Shown here one piece after another: positions 1 through 11,032 of a stretch of DNA of 64,000 nt. Within the stretch, counting starts at the first letter, position 1. Each line of letters opens with the position of its first letter. The position numbers were made by a program, and so were the translations under genes. A model generated the notes under the pieces. The model saw only the letters and a list, made by a program, of their open reading frames with translations, made no database searches and was not told where the DNA came from. Source of the stretch: Vitrella brassicaformis CCMP3155 (lineage: Eukaryota > Protista > Chromerida); contig CDMY01000288.1 of NCBI GenBank assembly GCA_001179505.1, forward strand, positions 62,001 to 126,000, read 5' to 3'.

Positions 1-1296
1 ACACTGCACGAGTTCTTCTGCACGAGGTATGAGTGAATGGAGAAACACACGCACACACCACATCCGTGTGTGGCGGTTGACGCATACACACATACACACA
101 TACACACATTCTGTTCCTCAGGGTGAGTTTGGACGTCCCGATCGACATGGCCGAGACCTCGATCATCATTTTCGGCACCATCAGCGCGATTCACCACATG
201 CACCTCACCCTGTAAGCCACATAGTACACAACACCACACGGCAAACATCAACTCGAAGCGACATGATTGTGTGTATCGACCAGAGATCTCTACCATCGGG
301 ACCTGAAGCTCCAGAACATCATGGTCGCGGTGCGGTGGGAGGACAAGGTGAGGCGCGGCGGCCAGAAGGTGCGCTGCCCCGTGGTGGCTGAGGTGAAGAT
401 CCTCGACTTCGGCGGGGCTAAGTGCGACCGCCTCGGGTGCGCAAAGTGCAAAACACCCATCACACATACATACGCCGCACACACACACACACACACACAT
501 GTAGCTGCTCTGTCATCTGTGTGTGTGTGTGTGTGTGTGTTTGTGTCCCTTCCTTGACAGCATGTCGCCATTGGCCTACGGTACGTTCACCCTGTTTCCG
601 CCCGGGGTCAGGGAGTGGCGCGACCGCCGGGGTCAGTGGCCCCAGGTGGACAGCCACGGCATCGGGACGGTCCTGTTCGACTGCCTCCGCCTTGCCTCCT
701 TGCCGCCCTCTCCCACCTGCAGTGCGTCCCAGTACATCGCGCAGACACGCTGCGACCTGGTACGCTCTGGCCGCACGACACACCGATGGAGACTCTCACT
801 GCATGAACACCTGCGTGTCCGTGTCTGTGTCTGTGTCTGTGTGTCATTCATGTGTTGATTCATGCAGTCCAGGATCCTAGCGTTGCCTTTTGGCTATGAC
901 GTCGATGACTACCCCCACATGGTGACCTCGGTCATCCAGCGCCGTATCGATGAGGAGATCGACAAAGTCCGCAGGGAGTGCATCGTCTGGCCGGAGCAGA
1001 ACAACCAGAGCGAGGCGTTCAAGGTGCTCCTCGGGGTCGCGTCACTCTTGCTGCGGGCCGACCCGGCGCTCCGCTCGACGCCCTCACAGGTGTGCAGCAT
1101 CCGCACATAGATGGAGACACTCACACACTGACCCACTCGGCGTCTCTGACCTCTCTGCCTGCAGGTGTTGAGGGAGCTGTACACGGCATCTGTACCGCGA
1201 CAGCGCAGTGCGCTGGCTGTGCGAGCAATACGTCTTGCAGCAAGCCTTCCTGCCCGCGGGCCGCGGAATGGCCCACTGGCAGACACTGCGAGTTGA
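1..1296 (+). CDS. Divergent protein kinase, multi-exon, 5' part outside the window
   Basis: Spliced exons give HRDLKLQN (catalytic loop), VKILDFGG, DSHGIGTVLF (subdomain IX-like) and LLLRADPALRSTPSQV (subdomain XI-like). GT-AG introns contain CA/GT repeats. A second candidate last exon lies at 1375-1476. Confidence 0.75.
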
Positions 1297-2064
1297 CAGA
1301 GGCTTCGAGATACGCGTCGCCTCTGGCTCAGACACACGCCCCCCACCCACACAGCCCTCGGTGTCTGCCTGCAGGTGCTGCGTGAGCTGTTCACGGCAGC
1401 TGTGCGAGCACTTTGTGGCCCAGCACACACAGCTCGTACGTATGGGCGCACTGCAGGTATGTCTCGCTCGCACTGATCCCCCAGACATGTAGCAAGGTTC
1501 TCATGTCGCTTGCTGTGTGTATGTGTATATGTGTCAGCCCATCGCCGCCTACAATTTATATTTCCGTGTCTGTTTCCAGCTCAACGAATGCACAGCGCTT
1601 AGGCTTGTGCGCTGGGTGGATCTCGCGATGTTCCTCAAGACGGGCGGCAAAAGACGGACGGCCGGGAGCAAAACGCCATACCGGTAAAGAAGGCACGTGG
1701 CGTGCCCTTGTCTGAGGTAGGGGAGCCAGGGCATACCAGCACATCGAAGCGCCCTGCTCTCGACTGGCCGATGGATTCTTTCTCCACCCTTCTGTGCGTT
1801 GATTGATCGCTCAGTTCGTGTCGGGTGAGGGATTTCGCGGAGTATCCCTGATGATGGCTTTAGAAGCTGTCGATAGTGCGCCAGCTTCTGGAGGTCCTAA
1901 CCTTCCTGCATTCGTGACGGATCGTCCACCGAGACGTAAAGCCGTCAAACGGTACGGAAACGAGGGAGGGAGGGCAAAACATCGGTATGTCTCCTCGCCT
2001 CATCACTCCTGTGTATCCTTTGCTTACGTTGAGCGATATTCGATAGGAAGGCGGCCTGCGTCCC

Positions 2065-3260
2065 ATGATGTGGCGTGATCGCGCGACGCCTGTGCCGTGC
2101 TGCTACATGCCTTCTCCCAACCTGCAGATGCCTCAGATGCCCCAAAGCGGATCGGCTGCTATCCATCTGCCCCCGCCCATGCCTGCGATTCCCCTGCCGA
2201 ACCATGCGAATGCCGCGCCGGGCCGCGCGTTGGTCCAAGTCGACCCACTCAGCGACGTAGCAGGTCCGCACAGTTACTCATGCAATTTGCACTGCCTGTG
2301 CAGTCGTGCACGTGTCTGTTTGCTGTCCATGTATGTGTATCAGGCTGCAGAGAGGCCCAACAGGCCGTCAGATGGGACTCGTCCCCCTTCCCCATAGACT
2401 TGCCGCCCCGCCTGACAGCCATCTATCGGCTGCTGCACTCGGCGGCGGACGAGCTGCAGACCATCAGCGGCGGGGTGGGAGGGCTGGACGAGTTCATCGA
2501 GGACCACTGGCTGGCAGCCCTGGCTCGAGCGGCATGGCAGGCGTCGCCCAGGAGGGACGGGCAGGAAATCCTTCGCGGCCTGCTCTGTTGCCTGAGCCAG
2601 CTCATGAGCCTGCAGCGGTTCGCCGCCGACCAGTGCAGGCAACTGGGCGTGCCGGTGGTCACGCAGGGCAAGGGCATTGGCCGCCGGTTCCTTTGGCGGC
2701 GGCCATATCTTAAGGACGGCGGACCACTTCAGGAGGAGCTAATGGAGGGGATGAGGGATCGGGGCGGACGGGCACCGATCGTGTCTGACGTGCATGAGAC
2801 GACTGACCTCTATTCGGGTAGGTATACGGTGGGGCAGGAAGGAAGAGAGATAGGAGGAGCCTCACAATGTGTGGGACGTTGTTTGTGCTGCAGGCCGGGC
2901 AGTCATGTTCAAGACGCCCTGCCAGGAGTACACGGCCAACCGCAAGCCGCCATCGCAGTTCGGGGTCGGCGAGTGGGACGAGGGCAGGTGGGAGGAGCAG
3001 AAGCTCCTCACTGTCCTGAACGAAGCACGGTAAGCAAGAGCTACACGAAGGAAGTCCACACGCGTGTGCATCCATGTGTTGAATCAGGGTGCTGGGCCAC
3101 GTACGAGCGGCGGGCCGGCATCAGGGCATCATCGGCATCAGGGCGGTCCAGATTTGTTTAGACGGCAACGGCGTGTACATGGACAAGGCTGCTGGCTCGC
3201 CGCTGAATGAGGCAAGCAAGTGATCCGCTGCACGCACGGGACAGCATCCCATCTCTCTCT

Positions 3261-3291
<31 letters not shown>

Positions 3292-3572
3292 GCAGGTGTT
3301 GTTTGCTGAGGATGGGGACGTGCCGAGCCGCGTCGACCGACGGCAGCGGTTGGGTATCATCCGCCAGCTGCTGGAGGCCGTCGCCTTCCTTCACCAGAAT
3401 GGTGTCATCTACCGTGACATGAAGCCACATAACAGTGAGTGGGCAAGGGGGAAGCAACGACGCTGTGGTGTGTCATGTGTGTGTGTCTCTTGGCGGTCGG
3501 GCTGTGTTGGTTGCAGTTATGTACCATCGCCATGGCGCTGACTGCTGGGCCCCAACCAGGCCGACCAAGTGA
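2065..3572 (+). pseudogene. Lineage-specific kinase paralogue 1, internally deleted after the catalytic loop
   Basis: Exons splice in frame: N-terminal domain (FIEDHWLAALARAAW), VMFKTPC, LNEAR, VIYRDMKPHN. The next exon starts IMYHRH and then jumps to a tail shared with paralogue 2. DFG and the activation segment are missing; stop at 3570-3572. Confidence 0.7.
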
Positions 3573-3854
3573 TGAGCACGACCAGCGACGGGCGCATTGC
3601 AGGTGGGTTCGCTGCCGGATCGTAGTCATTCTTACACGCGAGACACGTACTAATATTCTCCTTCCGGTATGTGTCTCAGCCCATCGCCGCCTACATTTTA
3701 TATTCGGATGACTCATCTGCCCGCAACAATGTGTAGACAAGCAGCATGCTCAAGGAAGTCTGGTAGGTTATTGGGCCTCTACAGTCATACACTGTCTCTC
3801 TGATACCGGAGGTGGTCGTGGGGCTGGGAAGTACACCTACATTCTCTTCCTCAG

Positions 3855-5190
3855 ATCTGTGGCGACCTCTGGAACCTGCTTCAGCACCTTAGCCGGCTGA
3901 TCAGCTTCCAGAGGTCGGCGGCAAGTACCTGCCGCGGCCTGGGGGTGCTGGTGGTGGGGGAGGAGGGGAGCAGGGGCGGCCGGTCCGTGGCCGACACGAT
4001 CAAAGGGGCTGCAGCAGGAGCTGCTGGACAACATGAGGGCGGGCGGGAGAAGGGCGGCGGCCGTCATCTGCAACGTCGCACACGCACTCGACACGTCGGC
4101 AGGTATGTGCGTGTCAGTCAGGGACAGACATGAACATTTCACTACTGTCCGGACTCACTCCAATGTGTGCATGGCATGCAGGCGGCCAGGTGGTGGCGAA
4201 GACGCCCTGCGTAGGGTACACGGCGGAGAGGCATCTGCCGCCGCCAGAGACCATGAAGGGTCACGAGGAGTGGGACGGAGAGGGCTGGGAGGAGCAGAAG
4301 ATGCACTGTGTGCTGCATGAGGCCAGGTATCCAACAGACACGTACACGCAGACAGACAGACAGACAGACGTGCACAAACACGTCCTTCTGCGTGTTTCTT
4401 CCTTCAGAGTGCTCGGCCATATCAAGGCGGCGGGCGGCCATAAGAACGTCGTGGTCATCAGAGGCCCCCGGTTCCTTGTGGACTCGTGCGCCCTGTTCAT
4501 GGCCAAGGCCAAGGGCCGCTCGCTCGCCGAGGCAAGTAGAAACAAGACACACACTTGTACACACACGGATACATATTCATTTGTTAAGGTCTGCCTGAAC
4601 CCATGGGTGCTTATGTGCAGATATTGAATAGTAAGGGTGCCGTGGCGGCCGGCATCGCACTTCAGGAGAGGCTGGCCATCAACTGGCAGCTGTTCGAGGC
4701 CGTCGCCTTCATACACCGACACAGCGTTGTCTACCGGGACATGAAGCCGGGGAATCGTAAGCAGACATATATCATCCAGAGAGACACACACCATCAGTCA
4801 GCCAGATGGATGGACGCCCATTCACTCATGTCCATTTCTCTCTGTCTGTGTGAATGTGTGTGCAGTGGTGTATGATCGGCGGTCTCGGCAGCTGACGGTG
4901 GTGGACTTTGGCTCGGCGGCGGTGCTGGAGGGCTGCGACTTTGTCGACAGCAGCTGCTATGCAGCCGTCACGCCCCAGTACCAGTCGCCCGAGCTCACCA
5001 CCTCTCCGTGGCGGCACCTGCATCCCGATACCCCCCCTGACGATCTCATGGACAGCCACAGCGACGTGTGGGTGGCCGCTAAAATGAACATCGAGACCGA
5101 ACTGAGGGAATCGCGATATCGCCGACTGCTAGGCCCCAACCAGGCCGACCAAGTGATGAGCACGGCCAGCGGGCGCATTGTCGGTAGGTC
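3855..5190 (+). pseudogene. Lineage-specific kinase paralogue 2, 5'-truncated and frameshifted
   Basis: VVAKTPC, YRDMKPGN, VVDFGS (4904-4912), QYQSPE and SDVW are present. A net 20-nt deletion near 4005 relative to paralogue 3 shifts the frame, the first half of the N-terminal domain is absent, and the C-lobe is replaced after SDVWVAAK. Confidence 0.7.
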
Positions 5191-5697
5191 CGCTAAGCGC
5201 TTCACTCATAAGTACACGCGAGACACGTGTTTGTCTTGGATGTGTGTCTCAGTCCACACATCGCCGCCTACATTTTATATTCGCGTGACTCATTCCCCGC
5301 CGCGACCATGTGCGTGCCGCTCGACATGAACCCCATTCATTTCGATCTACCCCACTGCCTCAGCTTGCAAGAGGAGAGGGCGTCCAGAGCAGAGAGAAGC
5401 AGAACGCCATCGCCTGCCGCTGCTCTGCCTGTATGCGAGAGAGACGCCCATTGCGGAGGCAATCGCGTGATAATGGAAGGCCTTCCGCGGAGCTCAGTAG
5501 ACTTCTCAGTAGACAGCACCAGCTGGCGCCGCGAAGGCCTCCGCCGGAGGCCTAGCGCCACGGCACATCTTGAGAATGTGCTAGTGCTGCCCAACCCACT
5601 GGACCCACGCCAAGCTTAGTGTACAGCTGAACTGGCACCACATGTGCTCTGCTGTTTGCTCGCATTGCTGTGCTTGGTTGTGGTGCATCCACTGCAG

Positions 5698-7336
5698 GAC
5701 GGCAAGCGGCCAGCTACCCGGAGTACGTTGACGCCGAGCCGTTTTGGCTCCCTGCCGACGGCATGCCGCCCACCTTGCCTGCAGCCTATCGGCTGTTCCA
5801 CGAGGCGGCCCAGCTGCTCTACGGCCCCAGCCAGCCGGACGTCCAGTCCTTCAAGGACTTCGTCGAGGACCATTGGCTGGCGGGGCTCGTACGAGCAGCC
5901 TGGTCGGCGGCGCGGGGCGAGCGCTTCATTTGGAAGCTCCTGCACCGCCTTAGCGGCCTGATTAGTTTTCAGCGGTCGGCGGCCAACGTGTGCAGGGAGC
6001 TGGGGGTGCCGGTGGTGCAGGGGGAGGGCAGGAGTGGCCGACGGTATTCGGCCGACACGGGGGAGGGGATGCTTAGGGACGGGGAGCCCCTCCAGCAGTG
6101 TTTGATGGACGGGATGAGGGGTAGGCGCAACGGGACGGCGCCGCTCGTTTTCAATGTCGCACACGCACACGACAAGATGGCAGGTACGTGTTCGATTGCA
6201 CTGCATCGCATGCTGTCATTGAGGGATTGAGTCGTCTGGCTGGTCATTTGTGCAGGCGGTGTGGTCGTCAAGAAGACGCCCTGCAGGGCGTATACTGCCG
6301 ACAGGCAGCCGCCACAGGGGAGCATGGCCGACGACGAGTCAGACCCGGGCTACTGGGAGGAGCATGAGATAAACTGCGTCCTCAAGGAGGCCAGGTATGA
6401 TCATACTCAGCCGGATGGCGCATATCAATCAACAATGTGCACACCGGGTGCGGTGCTGTTTGCGCAGGGTGCTGGGCCGGGTGCGGGCGGCTGGGGGGCA
6501 TCGCCACATCGTGGCCATCAAAGCGGCCGAATTCTGCCTAGATGGCAGCGCCATCTACACCAAAAGGCCAACGGCCGCGCTCTCCATGAGGTGATCAGGA
6601 ACCACGCTAGTGGTGTGGTCGACACGCATATCCATTCTGAATGCATGGATGTGCAGATAGTGTTTGAGCAGGCTGGCATGACGAGGAGGGAGAGGCTGGC
6701 CATCGTCACACAGCTGCTGGAGGCCGTCGCCCACATGCACCGACTGGGAATGGTCTATCGCGACATGAAGCCCGACAACGGTGAGTGGGTGACGCCCCGT
6801 GTCTGCATGCCCGCTCACTATCTGTTTGACTGTCTGTGTGTGTCTGTGTGTGTCTGTGTGTGAATGTGTGTGCAGTGGTGTATGATCGGCGGTCTCGGCA
6901 GCTGACGGTGGTGGAGTTTGGCTCGGCGGCGGTGCTTGAGGGCTGCGACTTTGTCGACATCAGCGGCAGCTCGGCCGTCACCCTCCAGTACCAGCCGCCA
7001 GAGTTGATCGGCTCCCCCTGGGGCCATCTGCAGCCCGACGCGCCCCCCGACGGCCTGATGAACATGGCCAGCGACATCTGGATGGTGGCCAAGACCGCCG
7101 TCGAGATCGTCACTGGCCATTTCATCAAGGGCGGTGACGCCGACGACGATGACGACGACGGCGAGGACATCGAGGTGCCGCCCACCATCCCAGCCCCGCT
7201 CGCCGCCCTCCTCGCCGCCGCCATCACCAAACCCAGGGAGGAGAGGCCATCGGCGCACCAGCTGCTCAGGGCAGCGCGACAGGCCGAGGAGGAGGAGCAG
7301 AAACTATCGCCCTGGGGCTCACCCTCGGCCGAGTAG
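5698..7336 (+). pseudogene. Lineage-specific kinase paralogue 3, frameshifted, DFG changed to EFG
   Basis: FVEDHWLAGLVRAAW, VVVKKTPC, YRDMKPDN, VVEFGS (GAG at 6914-6916), QYQPPE, SDIWMVAK and a complete C-lobe. A 1-nt loss near 6558 puts the KANGRALHE segment out of frame before the GT donor at 6591. Confidence 0.7.
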
Positions 7337-8059
7337 ATCGCAAACCGGTACGACGGCGAAATCACAGCGACACAGCCAAGAGACACAAACATCAGCATCA
7401 TTCAGTGCGTCTGTGTGTCTTGGCCGTGTGTCTCTCGGTAGTGATCATCGCTGCTTACATTTTATATTTCGAAGACTTCTCTCGACCTTCCGGGCAGCTT
7501 CGTCTTCACCGTGAGTCGAATGAGGCCAAGCCCGTCTGCGCGCAGCCGTCAACCATTCCCTGTTCAGTCACCTGCTTGTATGGGCTGAAGATAGACCGTG
7601 AGGACGACGGGAGACGCTGGCAGACTGCAACGAGCTGCGGTGCGTCAAATACCAATGGACGTCCGTGGCTGTTGCACCGTTCGGATCGTCAGCAGCCTCT
7701 CAGAGCCTCAACAAAACACAACTTTCAGCTGTTTGCAGCAGCGTCCACCGGGCGTCATGGCGGCGACCATGAAGCGCCCTCGCAAATGCGTAGCCCCGCG
7801 CACCGCCCGCCTTCGCCAGAACCTCAACAGCATCATGCTGTGGCTGCCGCCGAAAGTTTGCGAGAGGTCGTCGCCGTCCGGCGGGCGTCGTGCCATTTTG
7901 AGCCGCTCGTTAGCAAGGGCGTCACACCTGTGCATCTCATCTTTGCCCTTCGTCGCCGCATAGACGATGTCGACGAGGCGTCGTCGCAAGTGCACCAGCT
8001 CCGCGCGCTTCTCTTGTTCCTGCTGGGCTGCATCGAGCTTGCGGTTGATCCTCTCGCGA

Positions 8060-9010
8060 CTCTCGGATTCAATCGGGCGGCCTGTCATAGCCCATTTCCT
8101 GGGAGAAGTCGTGGTTCGAGCTGCCGATCCAGCTGACCCGCCGCCATGTGGATTAGGTGGGGACAGTGCGGCAATTTTCGCTCATCGGCGGGCCAATGGC
8201 CGGGGTGGGGCTGGGCCCCAAGGAAGGCAGGGACACGGTGTTGGCGAGGAGGTCTGCGGCCGTGTGTACCACGATGCGCGCTACAGAGGCCCAGGGGCCA
8301 TTTGTGGACGTGTTTGACCCCAAAGACCCGCCATTCACTTGGGGTGAGTGGCCACTGGGAGGCACCTGCGTGTGTCATGGATGGAGGGATGGGTGTTGCC
8401 TTGATGTGCTTTCTCAGATTGTGATGGCCGACGCTGCCGACACTACGCTGCCTTCACGCACTTCGCGAAGCGCGTGTAAGACGAGCCGCACCACAGCACA
8501 CCATACGTGGCCCTCGATTGTCTGTCGTCTGTCAGGTTGTTCACGCCCTGGTTCGACAGACAGGAGCTCAGATGCGTGCCGGGCCTGGTGTCTGAGCCCT
8601 CGGCCACCGACAAGGCCTTCAAGAAGTTCGAGACCATCTCAGCACAGGCACGCTCTCCCAAGCACACCACCCACACTCACACAGCATCCTGTACAGTAAC
8701 CGTGTGTTGCCGCTGCTGCTGCTGCTGCTGCTCCTGCTGCTGCGTGCTCCTCAGGCGGTGGGCAAGGTTTGGGGCAGCGACTATGTGGTGACTCACGAGG
8801 AGGAGTGGCGAGAGCACTCCGGCAGACAGATACGCACCACTTGGGTGCTGCTGCCGGCGTCGGGAGCGGTGAATACAGCGATCTACCTGAAGCATGGCGC
8901 GGCTGTTGGCACCACCACCCCACCCACCCTGGCCTTCGCTCGTGCAGAGATATGGACGACCGAGACGCCGTTCCCCAACAGATCGGCTGACTCGCAGGCG
9001 GCCGCTACCC
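8060..9010 (+). pseudogene. Degenerate multi-exon fragment of a lineage-specific hypothetical family
   Basis: Exon-like pieces PFVDVFDPKDPPFTWG, CDGRRCRHYAAFTHFAKRV, LFTPWFDRQELRC...FETISAQ and AVGKVWGSDYVV...AEIWTTETPFP between splice-like sites. There is no clear start and the 5' frames are inconsistent. Confidence 0.4.
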
Positions 9011-9642
9011 AAGAGACACACGCACACGCAAGAGACACGAAATCAGCGGTGGCTATTATCGCTGCTTGCATTTTATATTTCCCGAGAGTGTTGTTCCTCA
9101 GCAGTGCATTCTGTGTTTTTTGGACGTGCTTGTGTACCATTGCTTCTGGAAATCTATGTAGCTACGACTCCAACTATCACGGTGAGACAGACAGATAGAC
9201 ACGCAGAAAGACACGCACAGATGCGCATACCGTCGGCCTTCGTGTGTTTGTGCCGTCGTGTGTGTGCGTGTGGACGAGGGCAGATCGGATGCGGGACATC
9301 ATGGAAGATGCGGCACCCAGAATGGGCGCTTGTGGTCGCGCGGTTGGTAGCTGATGTGGGTGTCTATCTGAATGTGGACGCATCGAACACGCACATAGGC
9401 GGTGGAGCTGTTGTGCTTTCAGCCTTTTGCTTGCAGGCTTGTGGCACTCGTGTTTGTCCATGTCCATTCACCATCCACGTGCCTCTGGACATTTCTGATA
9501 CGTCGCGTTGCAAGAAGTCATTGTGTGTGTCCGAACGGCGCATACGCACACGTGCAGGACTACACATAGAAAGGGCCGTTTGTCCTTCAACGGACTCGAC
9601 CTACCCACGCACAGGCCCACGCGACTGTCTGCCCGTCGTCAG

Positions 9643-10842
9643 CTACAGACCAGCAATCGCTTCAGCATTGTAGTGGATGTAGAACCGCCTTAACCTACTC
9701 CTCTCTTCCCCCGCCGTCAGCCATCCGTCGAGAGCCTCGATAAAGGCCAGCACGTCACCATCCACCACCGTCTTGTCCCCATTGCCGTTGAGCGATGTTC
9801 GGATGAATGCCGGTAGGTAGGACAGAGGTACACCCAAGCCCCCACAGCGGCTCAGCTTGGGGGCATCCGCAGCACGCTCAAGGCCGGCATGACGCCACTC
9901 TGACGGCCGGAAGACGTTTGTCAGGGCGAGGGTGCAGTCGATCTTGGCAGTCCGCATGTTGGCCTGCAGCTCCGGGTGGCCGTGTGGGTGTCTGCGGCAG
10001 TAGAGCTTGGCTATCGCACCGGCAGAAGTGCGGTCGTTCAGGCGCAGAGGGTAGCCCCACACGATGGTCGATGTGTCGTCGCCCGCCCCGTCCAGGAAGC
10101 CCCTGAGCGCGCCAGCATCCAGGCAACCGCCAGCCTCTCTCGCCAGCAGGGCCACAACGCCATCGACTACCGTGGCGGCACCTCGGTAGGAATCGAAGTC
10201 GAAATAGAGCAGGATGCGGGTCGACAGAAGGCATGAGGGGTCTCTGGCATTCACGTCGCCGCCGTAGCACGTCGTGAGGCTGCCAGGCAGGTCATCGAGG
10301 GGAAGAATGGTTGGAAGAAGACTGGCAGGAGCGGAGGGGATGAACGAAGTGACCAGACGCTGGTCGTCTGAGACCGTGATGCGCCTCACGAAAGGGCCGC
10401 ATTTGGTCTGGATGAGCTCATACTGCCGGGCGGCGAGGAGGGACATCTCCGTGGTCCTCAGTTGCAGCTTGAGCCCTCCGTCCATCGCATCGATGTCGTC
10501 ATCGGTGATGGTCAAAGGCAGCGCATCAATGTCACCCGTCCGATGAAGCATCGCCAAATAGCCAGACCATCGCTGGAGGCTCCTCTGCCTCTGTCGGTCC
10601 CGCAGCAGGCAATAGGCCACATAAGTAATGTTGGCCGGCAGCTGGACGCCGAAGCCGAGTGTGTTGCTGTCCTCGTCTTGGTTGAAAGCATCAATGATTT
10701 GCCTCAGCTCGGTCTCTGGCGCAATTCCGGTGCGGTAGTCTTGGCGAGCGACAGTTCGGAGCGTTGCGATGGAGTCAATCGGCAACAGCGCCAACACGGG
10801 AGTCTTCAGCACTTGAAGAATGTCAGCCAGAGTCATCGCCAT
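9643..10842 (-). CDS. Intronless lineage-specific hypothetical protein of about 400 aa with a possible F-box-like N-terminus
   Basis: Uninterrupted ORF MAMTLADILQVLKTPVLALLPIDSIATLRTV... with high-GC3 codon usage and no microsatellite interruption. Confidence 0.7.
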   Translation of the reverse strand: MAMTLADILQVLKTPVLALLPIDSIATLRTVARQDYRTGIAPETELRQIIDAFNQDEDSNTLGFGVQLPANITYVAYCLLRDRQRQRSLQRWSGYLAMLHRTGDIDALPLTITDDDIDAMDGGLKLQLRTTEMSLLAARQYELIQTKCGPFVRRITVSDDQRLVTSFIPSAPASLLPTILPLDDLPGSLTTCYGGDVNARDPSCLLSTRILLYFDFDSYRGAATVVDGVVALLAREAGGCLDAGALRGFLDGAGDDTSTIVWGYPLRLNDRTSAGAIAKLYCRRHPHGHPELQANMRTAKIDCTLALTNVFRPSEWRHAGLERAADAPKLSRCGGLGVPLSYLPAFIRTSLNGNGDKTVVDGDVLAFIEALDGWLTAGEERSRLRRFYIHYNAEAIAGL

Positions 10843-10874
10843 TGTCCTCGTGGTTTGACCAAACAATCCCATCC

Positions 10875-10896
10875 GCAGGGTTTCGGGTCAAGGGTT
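10875..10896 (-). promoter_or_regulatory. Telomere-like motif AACCCTTGACCCGAAACCCTGC in a divergent intergenic region; near-identical copies at 14131-14152 and 16517-16538 (+)
   Basis: 21/22 identity to the 14131 copy. It lies between ATG 10842 (-) and ATG 11033 (+). Confidence 0.45.
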
Positions 10897-11032
10897 TGGT
10901 CTAAGGCGCAGGCGAGCGCGGTTTCCTCCTCCTGGGGGAAAGGAGCATGTTTGGAGTGGCCTGAGTGACTGAGTGACTGGATCTTGCCGCATCTGCAATC
11001 TGATTATCGCTTATCGCATTCATCTGCAGCTG

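Larger units (their letters stand above)
1541..9079 (+). promoter_or_regulatory. Five copies of the 22-nt motif ATCGCYGCYTRCAWTTTATATT at 1541, 3683, 5260, 7447 and 9058, each just downstream of a + strand gene unit
   Basis: Read directly from the sequence. A role in 3'-end processing is an inference. Confidence 0.6.

Noticed and set aside
8704-9198. ORF starting with [10 protein letters not shown] that looks like a secreted protein
   Set aside because: The Leu run is a (CTG)n tract just before a CAG acceptor near 8754, so it is most likely intronic, and the start codon is not ATG.
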